Shown piece by piece: positions 1 to 8,912 of a stretch of DNA of 64,000 nucleotides; within the stretch, counting starts at the first letter, position 1; the number at the start of each line of letters is the position of its first letter. Origin of the DNA: an uncultured Alphaproteobacteria bacterium (GTDB lineage Bacteria > Pseudomonadota > Alphaproteobacteria > Rhodobacterales > Rhodobacteraceae); assembly GCA_963796445.1 (NCBI GenBank), contig CAWCLQ010000020.1, positions 55,455 through 119,454 of the forward strand. The letters are read 5' to 3'. Position numbers and translations under genes: made by a program. The notes under the pieces are model-generated. The model did not search any database. It was not told the origin of the DNA and saw nothing but the letters and a program-made list of their open reading frames with translations.

Positions 1-1
1 T

Positions 2-763
2 ATGGATGAAAACTACGCCTACATCTCAACCGAGATGGAAGGCTATGTGGGCAACATACTTGTGATTTACGATCTCGCGGACCCATCAAACCCGACAGAA
101 GTGTCGCGATGGCACATGCCAGGCCAACATGTGGCCGCTGGTGAGACCCCAACAGGTGTTGGCTATAGCCACCGCCTGCATCACGCGATGCGGGTGGGTG
201 ATGAATTCTGGGCTGCCGTCTGGCACGCAGGGCTTCGGGTGCTTGATGCGTCAGACATTTCCAAGCCGCAGCAGATCGGGAGCTATGTCTGGCCAAAAGC
301 CATCCCCGAGCCCACACATACGGTCATGCCGTTGGAACAAGCGATTAACGGTCGCCGTTATGCTGTAGCCATTGACGAAGAACACGCGCACCAGCCCGGG
401 CGCTTGCATGGCTTCGTCTGGGTAATGGATGTAACTGATATTGAAAACATGGAACCGGTTGCCGCGTGGGACCTGTCCGAGCGCGCCTGCCCATTCATCG
501 GCGAAGAAGGTGTGCGTTTTGGCGCACACCAGTTCCGCGAAAAGCTCGACAGCACACTGGTCTATTGCACATGGTTCGCGGGCGGTTTGCGCGTGCTGGA
601 TCTGGCCGATCCTTTGCTTCCCGAAGAGGTTGCGTACTTCATGCCGAACCGTGGACCGGGCGGTATGGCACCTCAATCAAACGACGTTGATGTGGGCGAG
701 GATGGCCGCATCTATTTGCTAGACCGTGTGAGCGGTCTCGATATTCTGGAGTTGAAAATATGA
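2..763 (+). CDS. LVIVD-repeat (beta-propeller) family protein, possibly N-terminally truncated by the window edge
   Basis: Repeated motif G-x-hhhhD-x-sD-xxxP (GNILVIYDLADPSNP, GLRVLDASDISKP, GFVWVMDVTDIENMEP, GGLRVLDLADPLLP). The stop overlaps the next start (ATGA at 760-763). Confidence 0.55.
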   Translation: MDENYAYISTEMEGYVGNILVIYDLADPSNPTEVSRWHMPGQHVAAGETPTGVGYSHRLHHAMRVGDEFWAAVWHAGLRVLDASDISKPQQIGSYVWPKAIPEPTHTVMPLEQAINGRRYAVAIDEEHAHQPGRLHGFVWVMDVTDIENMEPVAAWDLSERACPFIGEEGVRFGAHQFREKLDSTLVYCTWFAGGLRVLDLADPLLPEEVAYFMPNRGPGGMAPQSNDVDVGEDGRIYLLDRVSGLDILELKI

Positions 764-1248
764 ACGACCAATCAGCCGACCTTCTGCCACCAAGCGTCGA
801 TCCCAACAAAAAAGCTATTGGAATCCGCCGCGTGACCATGCGAAACGAGGCGTCAACACGCTCGGTAATGATGGTGCGCGATCATGTTGTCATCACTGAC
901 GAGAAAGAAAGCAACACAGGCCCGACGCCGCTTGAGATGACGCTATCGTCACTATGCGGCTGCGAGGGTGTCATCATCAACCGCTGTGCGGAGGCGATGA
1001 AGTTCGACTATTCCGCCGTGGATATCGAAGCGGATGGCGAAGTTGACCAGCGTGGGAGCCGTGGTGTGCAAGGCGTTCGGCCCTACTTTACGTCGGTTAA
1101 AATGCGCATCCGTATCCACACAGAAGAAAGCGACGAACGGCTTGATCGTCTGCGCCGGAATGTTGAATACCGTTGCCCCGTGATGAACTTGTTTTCGTCG
1201 GCGGATGTAGACCTTGACGTGACATGGGAGAAAGTTGCGCCGTGCTAA
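760..1248 (+). CDS. OsmC/Ohr family protein
   Basis: 162 aa. OsmC-like paired Cys context (LSSLCGCEGV ... YRCPV). 4-nt overlap with the upstream ORF. Confidence 0.7.
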   Translation: MNDQSADLLPPSVDPNKKAIGIRRVTMRNEASTRSVMMVRDHVVITDEKESNTGPTPLEMTLSSLCGCEGVIINRCAEAMKFDYSAVDIEADGEVDQRGSRGVQGVRPYFTSVKMRIRIHTEESDERLDRLRRNVEYRCPVMNLFSSADVDLDVTWEKVAPC

Positions 1249-1700
1249 GTCTGTCGGTCAATGGCCATGAGGTGCAGGTTGTCTCTGACCCTGACACACC
1301 GCTGGCCTACGTGTTGCGGAATGAATTACAGCTCAAAGGCACGAAAATCGGCTGCGGGCTCGAACAATGCGGCGCCTGCACTGTTCTGGTGGAGGGGCAG
1401 GCCGTACAAAGCTGTGTCACCCCTGTTGCGGTCTTTGCAGATCAAGAGATCACGACTGTTGAGGGCCTGGCAGATACCGAAGACGGGCGCCGCGTTCAGG
1501 AAGCATTTAAATCGGCGCGTGCCGCCCAATGTGGCTATTGTACTGCCGGTCTTGTCGTCAAGGTCACCGCCTTGGCGCGTGCAAAAACGACCGCCGAACG
1601 GGACAGCCTGAAAGATGCTCTAACGGGCCACCTTTGCAGATGCGGTAGCCACCCAAGGGTTTTACAAGCCGCGGAGGCGGTTCTGGGACCCAAAACGTGA
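1224..1700 (+). CDS. (2Fe-2S)-binding small subunit of a molybdenum hydroxylase (IorA/CoxS-like)
   Basis: Cys clusters CGLEQCGACTV, QCGYCTAG and CRCGSH. The true start may be the GTG at 1242, overlapping the OsmC stop. Confidence 0.85.
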   Translation: MGESCAVLSLSVNGHEVQVVSDPDTPLAYVLRNELQLKGTKIGCGLEQCGACTVLVEGQAVQSCVTPVAVFADQEITTVEGLADTEDGRRVQEAFKSARAAQCGYCTAGLVVKVTALARAKTTAERDSLKDALTGHLCRCGSHPRVLQAAEAVLGPKT

Positions 1701-3814
1701 GCATCGACGCCTACACGCTTGTGACTGATTGGATCCGCGTGGAACGCGGGTGTTTGCTCTTGAGGACGGGCAAGGTCGACCTTGGGCAGCGTATTTCCAC
1801 CGCACTGGTCCGGATTGCGACCGAAGAGCTTTCGGTCCCAGTTGCCAATATTGACGTAGCCGCTGTGCGCACGGACCGCTCCCCGGATGAAGGGATCACA
1901 TCGGGTAGCAATTCAATCGAGCAGTCTGGTGCAGCGCAACGTCTGGCCTGCGCCACAGCCCGGGAATGGATGATGGCGCGGGCGGCAGAACAGCTTGAGG
2001 CGCAAACAGATGCGCTGGTTTTGGAAGACGGCAATATCACGCACCGTGCCACCAACAAGAAGATTGCTGTTCTTGATCTGCTGTCAGAACTGCCTGCTGA
2101 TTTGGCCATCGATCCAGCGGCGCCGGCGCGCGACCTCTCGGCACCTCTGGCTGACATGCTCCCGCGTGGTCTGGATGCTATGGTAACGGGGCGTTTTGTC
2201 TATGTGCATGATCTCGAAATGCCGGGGATGCTGCATGCGCGTATTGTTTGCCCGCCCAAGACTGATGCTGTCCTGAAAGAGGTGGATCAGGACGTCATTT
2301 CGCGGCTCTCGCAAAAGGGGATGTCTGTTGTGCGCGATGGCTCCTTTCTGGCCGTCGCGGGGCCAGATGAATGGTCCGTGGTGCGTGCGGCAACTGCATT
2401 GGGCAATGCTTGCGATTGGGACATCGGCGCAGGGCTGCCAACCGGCGATATATTCGACATTATGGCTGGCAAGGAAGCACAACGCTTTGCCGTTATAGAT
2501 GGTAAACCTGATCCGGCAGTAGATGTTCCGATGCAATTGGATGCGCCCGCCTATGCAGAGGTTTTCGAACGGCCATACACACTGCACGGGGCGCTTGGGC
2601 CGTCGGCCGCATTAGCAACTTTTTCAGGTGGAAAGCTGGAAATCCTGACCCATAGCCAAGGTATCTACTTTCTGCGCGACAGCATCGCCGACAGCCTGGG
2701 GATGGCGCCTGAGCACGTTGTGTTAGAGCATGTGCCGGGATCGGGGTGTTATGGGCACAATGCAGCGGACGATGCAGCTTTTGAAGCCGCACTTGTTGCC
2801 AAGGCACACCCTGACACGCCCATCCTGTTAAAGTATTCGCGGACGGACGAACATGGGCGCGAGCCTGTAAGCACGGCGATGGCGGTTAGGGTAGAAGCAC
2901 ACAAAAACGCAGCAGGGGACATTTCACATCTGTGGATGGAGACGCGCGGGGACACTCATCGCGGACGTCCCCGTGCAGGTGCCAACAGGGCTGGCCCAGC
3001 ACGCCTTGCTGCAAATGCCGCGCGCGATTGTGATGTGCCGCGATTTGTGCCCGAACCCAATATGAACCGACACGCTGGACTGCACCGAAACCTCGATCCG
3101 ATCTACCGGTTTTCAGAAAAGCGTCTGGTCAAAGCGTTGGTGCCCGATCTTCCTCTTAGACCCTCGGCACTGCGCTGTCTGGGTGCGCCAGCCAATGTGT
3201 TGGCAATCGAGAGCATGATGGATGAATGCGCATGCGCGGCCGGTCAGGACCCGATTGCCTACAGACTGCGTCATCTGGACGACCCCCGTGCCAGCGCAGT
3301 TCTAGAGAAACTGAGCGACATTCTGAAAGCGGCTGACCCATGCCCTGACGGGATGGGGCGCGGGATCGCCTATGCGCAGTATAAAAATGCAATGACCCGT
3401 GTGGCAGTCGCGGTGGATTTGGCTGTGGCAGACACAGGCGCAGTTCTGTTGAACCATGTGCGCCTTGTTGCCGACGCAGGCCGTGTTGTGGACCCTGATG
3501 GTCTGGCAGCCCAACTTGAGGGCGGCGTGCTGCAGGGGGCAAGCTGGGCGTTGTATGAGCAGGTCGTTTGGGGGCGTGACGGGCGCGAAAGTCTCGATTG
3601 GGACAGCTATCCGGTGCTGCGGTTTGACAACGTGCCAACCATTGACGTCACGATCATCGGGTCAGAGCACGAGCGGTCGGTCGGCGCGGGTGAAGCCAGC
3701 CCCGGACCCACAGTTGCTGCGATTGCAAATGGCGTTTATGCGGCTACCGGGTTGCGTTTGCGGCGCCTGCCATTCGATGCAGATGCGGTCCTGACGGCGG
3801 CTTTGCAGGCATAA
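1697..3814 (+). CDS. Molybdopterin-binding large subunit of an aldehyde oxidase/xanthine dehydrogenase-family oxidoreductase (IorB-like)
   Basis: 705 aa with a GTG start overlapping the small-subunit stop. Size, operon partner and conserved stretches (GSGCYGHNAADDAA, VGAGEASPGPT) fit the family. Confidence 0.75.
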   Translation: MSIDAYTLVTDWIRVERGCLLLRTGKVDLGQRISTALVRIATEELSVPVANIDVAAVRTDRSPDEGITSGSNSIEQSGAAQRLACATAREWMMARAAEQLEAQTDALVLEDGNITHRATNKKIAVLDLLSELPADLAIDPAAPARDLSAPLADMLPRGLDAMVTGRFVYVHDLEMPGMLHARIVCPPKTDAVLKEVDQDVISRLSQKGMSVVRDGSFLAVAGPDEWSVVRAATALGNACDWDIGAGLPTGDIFDIMAGKEAQRFAVIDGKPDPAVDVPMQLDAPAYAEVFERPYTLHGALGPSAALATFSGGKLEILTHSQGIYFLRDSIADSLGMAPEHVVLEHVPGSGCYGHNAADDAAFEAALVAKAHPDTPILLKYSRTDEHGREPVSTAMAVRVEAHKNAAGDISHLWMETRGDTHRGRPRAGANRAGPARLAANAARDCDVPRFVPEPNMNRHAGLHRNLDPIYRFSEKRLVKALVPDLPLRPSALRCLGAPANVLAIESMMDECACAAGQDPIAYRLRHLDDPRASAVLEKLSDILKAADPCPDGMGRGIAYAQYKNAMTRVAVAVDLAVADTGAVLLNHVRLVADAGRVVDPDGLAAQLEGGVLQGASWALYEQVVWGRDGRESLDWDSYPVLRFDNVPTIDVTIIGSEHERSVGAGEASPGPTVAAIANGVYAATGLRLRRLPFDADAVLTAALQA

Positions 3815-3933
3815 AGGCGCTCAAAACAGGCAATATGCCATTCAATATGGCAAAATGCGCAAGTCAAACTCGCTATTCATTCTTAAGTCATGTATGCTGC
3901 GCTGCAGAAAAACAGACTCAGAAAGAGTTTTAT

Positions 3934-4566
3934 ATGACTGGACGCATCATCACAGTCGCACAGCAAAAGGGCGGTTCCGGTAAAACAACCGTCACCGTTA
4001 ATCTGGCCACTGCGTTGCTGGCGCAAGGAAAATCGGTCGCACTTCTGGACACAGACCCGCAAGGCAGCTTGGGAAAATGGTTCATGAAACGGGTTGAAAC
4101 CTACGGCGATGACCCGAACCTGCGATTCTCAACAGCTACCGCATGGGGCATCAACTATGAGCTAAGGTCGCTTAGCTCTCAGGTGGATTTTGTGATCGTA
4201 GACACCCCGCCAAAAGCAGATAGCGACCTCAGGCCGGCCCTGCGCGCTGCCGATCTGGTGCTTGTGCCGCTTTCTGCCAGCCACGTCGATATTTGGGCTA
4301 CGCAAGATGTCCTTGATCTGGCAGACCGCGCAAGCAAGCGTGCCTGTATCGTGATGAACCGAACACGCTCGGGCACACGGCTCGGTGCTGAGGTCGTGCA
4401 GGCTGTGAGCGAACTTGAAGCGGACGTGCTGAAGACCAGCCTTGGAAACCGGATTTTATTTGCGGAATCCCTTGGGCAGGGGCTTGGTGCCATTGAAAGC
4501 CAGAAAAATAGTGTTGCCGCTGCCGAAGTCAGATCGCTTGTGGAAGAGGTTTCGCAGATACTTTAG
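3934..4566 (+). CDS. ParA/MinD-like P-loop ATPase (orphan, no ParB partner adjacent)
   Basis: Deviant Walker A (QQKGGSGKTTVTVNLA) and DTDPQGS motif. The internal ATG at 3934 fits family N-termini better than the ORF-track start at 3835. Confidence 0.85.
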   Translation: MTGRIITVAQQKGGSGKTTVTVNLATALLAQGKSVALLDTDPQGSLGKWFMKRVETYGDDPNLRFSTATAWGINYELRSLSSQVDFVIVDTPPKADSDLRPALRAADLVLVPLSASHVDIWATQDVLDLADRASKRACIVMNRTRSGTRLGAEVVQAVSELEADVLKTSLGNRILFAESLGQGLGAIESQKNSVAAAEVRSLVEEVSQIL

Positions 4567-4603
4567 CTTGATGAGCCCCGTGCTGAACAGGACCCGACAG
4601 GCT

Positions 4604-5380
4604 TCAGATGTCTGAAATCTGCCATGCGCTGATTGCTTTCAAGCCCTCTTCAATAGGACAGACCGAGGCAATTCCCAGCGTGTCCTTACAGGCGACGATA
4701 AGAACTTTATCCTCAGAAATCGGGATAGCGACACCTGTTGCATCTTGCGCTGCTTGGAATTTGGCGGTTTTGGAGCCTGAAAGTTCACCAGTCAATCGTT
4801 CAGCGTGAGATTGCAATAAGGGATGCCATGCCTCTGCGCCCGAAAATACGTGCTTGGCCGGATCGCTGCTCCACGTCATTTGCGCCAAAGCAGTTGCTTC
4901 CAGCAAATCTGCAAGATGCGCGATATCGCAAGGTCGGTCATCGATTACAAGCGCGCCGCGCAGCGCCGAGACAGAACAACTGTTTCCTGTATCGGAAATC
5001 TGTGACGGATCATCGATGGTCCGGGTTGTCAGTGCAGTTGCGCGTTTTGATAGCTCAAGTAGCTGTGCTGCGAAAACTCTGGCGTCTGCATCGGGTGCAA
5101 AAGACTGATCCTGTTTAGGGCTGGTGATCGCATATAAGCGGCGGCTCGACACAGTAAGAGTAGCCAGCGTTTCACCCTTGGCCGTCAGTTCAATGCGGCG
5201 CGGCAAAACCGTTTCGCTGATCTCGCGCAGCAGTACTTCCAATTGAGCACGGGGCGCTTCCGGCAGTGTTTGCCGCTCAGCGGCAAGCCATGCGGATTTT
5301 GTCGAAAACCTATGTAATACCTCTTTGAGGTTTACCGTTTCGCCTGTGCTTTCCTGAGATGATAAATTCGCTGATGTCAC
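4604..5380 (-). CDS. Hypothetical protein, last gene of the kinase-dynamin operon
   Basis: 258 aa with a GTG start. Start/stop overlap GTGA (5377-5380) with the upstream gene. I recognise no motif. Confidence 0.5.
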   Translation of the reverse strand: MTSANLSSQESTGETVNLKEVLHRFSTKSAWLAAERQTLPEAPRAQLEVLLREISETVLPRRIELTAKGETLATLTVSSRRLYAITSPKQDQSFAPDADARVFAAQLLELSKRATALTTRTIDDPSQISDTGNSCSVSALRGALVIDDRPCDIAHLADLLEATALAQMTWSSDPAKHVFSGAEAWHPLLQSHAERLTGELSGSKTAKFQAAQDATGVAIPISEDKVLIVACKDTLGIASVCPIEEGLKAISAWQISDI

Positions 5381-5760
5381 CTGCCGTTCTCCCCAATTTT
5401 GGACACGGTGTCACGGATTGTATGCAAGGCCTGTTCCACGTCCTGAGCGCTGTCGATCACGGCACAGGTCACGTCATCAGCCGCAAGATCAGGACGGCCA
5501 AATACAAAAGACTGCCCCGGCGTAAACATGATAGCTGTCTGGCCGTAGTGACCATTTTTGGTCAATTCTGCAGCGGTATCGCTATCGAGAATGGAAAAGC
5601 AGGTGACTGCCTTGGCGCAAAGGCTATCAAGCACTTCGCGCGGGCAATGTGCGGCAGAGCTTGAGCGTAAGATCAGCTTGGAGGATAAATCCCCAAATGC
5701 TGTTAGTTGACAGCCCGCTGTCTTTTGCCGAAGCGCGTCAAGATGTGTTTGTATCGTCAT
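5377..5760 (-). CDS. Putative roadblock/LC7 (MglB-like) domain protein
   Basis: 127 aa. The alternating alpha/beta hydrophobic pattern (LDALRQKTAGCQLTAFGDLSSKLILRS ... GQTAIMFTPGQSFVFGRP ... VTCAVIDSAQDVEQALHTIRDTV) resembles Robl_LC7. This assignment is by eye only. Confidence 0.4.
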   Translation of the reverse strand: MTIQTHLDALRQKTAGCQLTAFGDLSSKLILRSSSAAHCPREVLDSLCAKAVTCFSILDSDTAAELTKNGHYGQTAIMFTPGQSFVFGRPDLAADDVTCAVIDSAQDVEQALHTIRDTVSKIGENGR

Positions 5761-5782
5761 TCCAGGTACCTTTTAAACATAA

Positions 5783-5850
5783 TCGACACGGACAATTCTT
5801 CTTCGCGCGGTCGAGCAGTCCCGCGTAAAGTCGTCAATTGTCCGTGTCGA
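5783..5850 (-). promoter_or_regulatory. 15-bp perfect inverted repeat (TCGACACGGACAATT / AATTGTCCGTGTCGA) with a 38-nt spacer, in the only sizeable intergenic gap of the operon
   Basis: Arms at 5783-5797 and 5836-5850. The spacer contains a second small palindrome (CGCGG...CCGCG). Confidence 0.4.
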
Positions 5851-5866
5851 AACCTAAACAAAAAAT

Positions 5867-6760
5867 TTATCCTCCAAAGCCGGCGATATCTTGTGGAGCC
5901 GAGCGCCTGCGCACGTTCGTACCAGCACCGCTTGCCACACGGCGTGGCATGATGCGCGGCTCTGTTTCGGTCACTTCTTCAGGCTCGGGCATAACGGACG
6001 GGTGCCGTAGATCCTTGCCGTGCACCGGTGTGGGGGCAAAAGAGGTTTCCGCACTTGGCGCGTCATCGCCGCTCAACACACGGATTACATGTTCGGAAAA
6101 AGCAGCAACGCCGCTTTCTTGCCAAATCGTCTCGTCTTCGCCAGCGCGAAGGGCTGACAAAAGCGATACAGGGTAGATGGCATCAAACAGGCCTTCGGTT
6201 TCTTTCTCAACGCGTTTTCTGACACGCATCTTGTCACGATCATTCTGCAATTTGTCGAACTGCGTAATCAACAACAGGTTTGTGCCTGAACTTTGCGGGC
6301 GCAGGATGTTCCAAATCGCGGCTTCGGATTGACGCCATGCCTGGGTCGCATGGGTGCACCATATTACGCAGTCACGTGAGGAGATCACATTTTCCCACAT
6401 CTCCGGCGGCATGTTGGGATCTGAAATACCCGGCATATCCAAAATATCGCATAGCTCTAGCGCTTCGGCTTCCATATGCACTTCGATCATCGCGGTTTCG
6501 TCCATACAGACGTTTTCGAGACTGTCGAGAGCGATCGCCGTTTTGGTGCCGTCCAGACCAACAGCAAACGCGGCAGGCGCTCCATACGAAATCTGCACGG
6601 GCGGCAGACGCGTTGCGGTCACTTTCATCGGCAGGGGTTGGCTGTCGAGGATAATGTTCGTCAGCGTGCTTTTGCCCGCGCTGAATTCACCCATCAACAC
6701 CAGACGCGGCTTCACCGCTTCTTGAGGGGCTGTCTCCTCGATCATGTATTCGTCATCCAT
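5867..6760 (-). CDS. Dynamin-family small GTPase (297 aa)
   Basis: G1 GEFSAGKSTLTN, G3 DMPGISD, G4 TQFD. The start at 6760 gives an ATGGATGA overlap with the upstream stop at 6753; the ORF-track start at 6811 is less likely. Confidence 0.7.
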   Translation of the reverse strand: MDDEYMIEETAPQEAVKPRLVLMGEFSAGKSTLTNIILDSQPLPMKVTATRLPPVQISYGAPAAFAVGLDGTKTAIALDSLENVCMDETAMIEVHMEAEALELCDILDMPGISDPNMPPEMWENVISSRDCVIWCTHATQAWRQSEAAIWNILRPQSSGTNLLLITQFDKLQNDRDKMRVRKRVEKETEGLFDAIYPVSLLSALRAGEDETIWQESGVAAFSEHVIRVLSGDDAPSAETSFAPTPVHGKDLRHPSVMPEPEEVTETEPRIMPRRVASGAGTNVRRRSAPQDIAGFGG

Positions 6761-8849
6761 TGGGTTGTCCTTCCCATTTTGTCTCGGCTGAGTAGTGCTT
6801 GAGGTTGGCAATTACGCCGTCAATCTGCTCCAGCCTTTTGCTTTCTTCTTTTCCAAGGCAAATCCGCTGCAACCCATCGGCGTCACCGGTCGAACTGCTG
6901 ATCTCAATCATGATGTCGCGGTTCTGTTCAAAGAAGGCGTCCAGTGTTTCGGTCAATTGCTCTTGAATCTGAGATGTCTGAACGGTTTTGAGCTGGTTCA
7001 TGAAGTCTTCGGTCTCGGCTGAGACCAAATCATGAAACTGCTTGGCAAAGGCTTTGTATCCGCGCGTGCGGCGCCACCACGACACCCACCAGCTGTCATT
7101 GAAATCAAGCGCGATGGTTTGAGCAATTGTAACCGGTGCCGGAAATTCCTGCACTTCGGGCACATTAAGCTCGATGCCATCAACCGCAGTGCCGAACGCG
7201 TTATAGTATAGCTGGGCAATATCAACGACCGCGGTTTCATAGTGGTCCTTTGCAGAACGCTGTGCGCGGACTGCAAAGACTGAATAGGCAGATTTTAACA
7301 ACATCCGCAGACCCGTCGGGTCATAGCTCCAGACTTTGGTGTCGCCCTTGCTTTCAAGGTGCGTGATAAGCGAATGTGTGGCGCGTTCGATAAAGTTGAT
7401 GTGCGCGCGGTCGGCGCGTGCACGATAGCTTTGAATGATCTCGCCTGTTTTTTCCGCCAATTCGGCGCGGTGCCGTTCGGCCAGCTTTGTAAGCTCGCCG
7501 CGCACTTCGTGCATGCTCATCGTGAGTTGCTTATGATCGCCCTCAACGCGCACTTTGTTGGCGGCCTGCTGGCCGCTGGCAATGCTGATCGCCGAAGAGG
7601 CAATTCTGGTCAGCGTGGGATCGCCTAGCTTTTTGACGATCCGCTCGGAGATGCAGCGGTTAAGCTCGGGCATGCCAGACATATGCCAGATGATTTCTTC
7701 TGGTGGGCAGTCGCGTAACTGAACATCATCCTTTTCGTCAGCCCATTGCATCAGCGCATCTGTGCTGGCGCTGTGGATACTTTTTATGTCATCGGCGAGA
7801 ACCATATTCGCCCAATACGCACTGCCAAAAACGATCTGCGCATCCTCCGGACCTTTATGGTCGGCCAAGACCTGCCGGATGCTGTTTTCGATTTCCGGAA
7901 TCTGTACGGCCGGGTCGCTCAATTCGTCGATCCGGTTTACAAAGATAATGACATCTCTGGACTGCAAGCTCGATATCATGCGGATCAGTGCCATATCGAC
8001 TGACGTCAATGCTTGATGCGCTGACAGAACAACAACACATAGTTTGCTGGCGCGCACGGCGTTGATCGTCACCTGCTCGCGCATCATGAAGGTATCATTT
8101 ACGCCCGGCGTGTCGCGCAGGCACATCCGAAACGGTTTGCTGTTGCTGCACAAAAACAGATCGGCCGACCGGGTAATGTCGGCAAAACGCCCTTGATTTT
8201 CAACATCCGCCGGCGTCTCTTCTTCGTCATAGAAATCGTCACCGATGCAAATGTACCGTTCCAGCAGATTTTTGTCGAAGTACCCGTAGTCGTGCTCCTG
8301 TCCCAGCAAAAGCTCGAATTTACGGCCCAGACGTCGGCGGGATTTATCGCGCAGCGCCTCGATCTGCTCGCGGATGTTGTTGAGTTCGCTGTCTGAACCC
8401 GCGCGTCCGGCAAGTTCGCCCAAACGGCCGCCTTTTTGCACTAACCGGTCCCATTCGTCTTCTTCCATCATTTGGAAGCGTGCACTGATGTCTTTCTTCT
8501 CGGTGCCTGGGCTTAGGTGGAGCGAGGTGATGACCGATGTCCATGGATTTACATCCGCAGGCAACAGATCCGACCATCCCGCCATGGAATTTACGAGCGT
8601 TGTTTTGCCGGACTTTACCTGTCCCAGGAAAGTCACTGATGGCTCGAATGCGTCAAGTTCCTTGATAAGACGCGTGACGGCGCGTGACGCAGCAGCGCCG
8701 GTCAGCTCTTCGAGGGCGTCCAATGCATCCTCGACCATCTCGACCCGTTCGGCAAAAGCCTCAAGCGGTTCCAGCCCTGCCTTTAAAAATCTTGGCTGTG
8801 CAAGAACATCGGTCGGTTCATCATAGGGGATTTCTGTCTCAATATTCAT
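6753..8849 (-). CDS. Bacterial dynamin-like protein (BDLP, 698 aa)
   Basis: G1 GQVKSGKTTLVNSM, G3 DTPGVND, G4 NRID. A long helical C-terminal stalk carries a Trp-rich segment (SWWVSWWRR), a candidate membrane paddle. Confidence 0.8.
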   Translation of the reverse strand: MNIETEIPYDEPTDVLAQPRFLKAGLEPLEAFAERVEMVEDALDALEELTGAAASRAVTRLIKELDAFEPSVTFLGQVKSGKTTLVNSMAGWSDLLPADVNPWTSVITSLHLSPGTEKKDISARFQMMEEDEWDRLVQKGGRLGELAGRAGSDSELNNIREQIEALRDKSRRRLGRKFELLLGQEHDYGYFDKNLLERYICIGDDFYDEEETPADVENQGRFADITRSADLFLCSNSKPFRMCLRDTPGVNDTFMMREQVTINAVRASKLCVVVLSAHQALTSVDMALIRMISSLQSRDVIIFVNRIDELSDPAVQIPEIENSIRQVLADHKGPEDAQIVFGSAYWANMVLADDIKSIHSASTDALMQWADEKDDVQLRDCPPEEIIWHMSGMPELNRCISERIVKKLGDPTLTRIASSAISIASGQQAANKVRVEGDHKQLTMSMHEVRGELTKLAERHRAELAEKTGEIIQSYRARADRAHINFIERATHSLITHLESKGDTKVWSYDPTGLRMLLKSAYSVFAVRAQRSAKDHYETAVVDIAQLYYNAFGTAVDGIELNVPEVQEFPAPVTIAQTIALDFNDSWWVSWWRRTRGYKAFAKQFHDLVSAETEDFMNQLKTVQTSQIQEQLTETLDAFFEQNRDIMIEISSSTGDADGLQRICLGKEESKRLEQIDGVIANLKHYSAETKWEGQPNG

Positions 8850-8912
8850 ACTACTACCTGTTTATTTTTATAGCGCCCTGCTTTGACGCGGATGGGTTAC
8901 GGGCAATACGGG

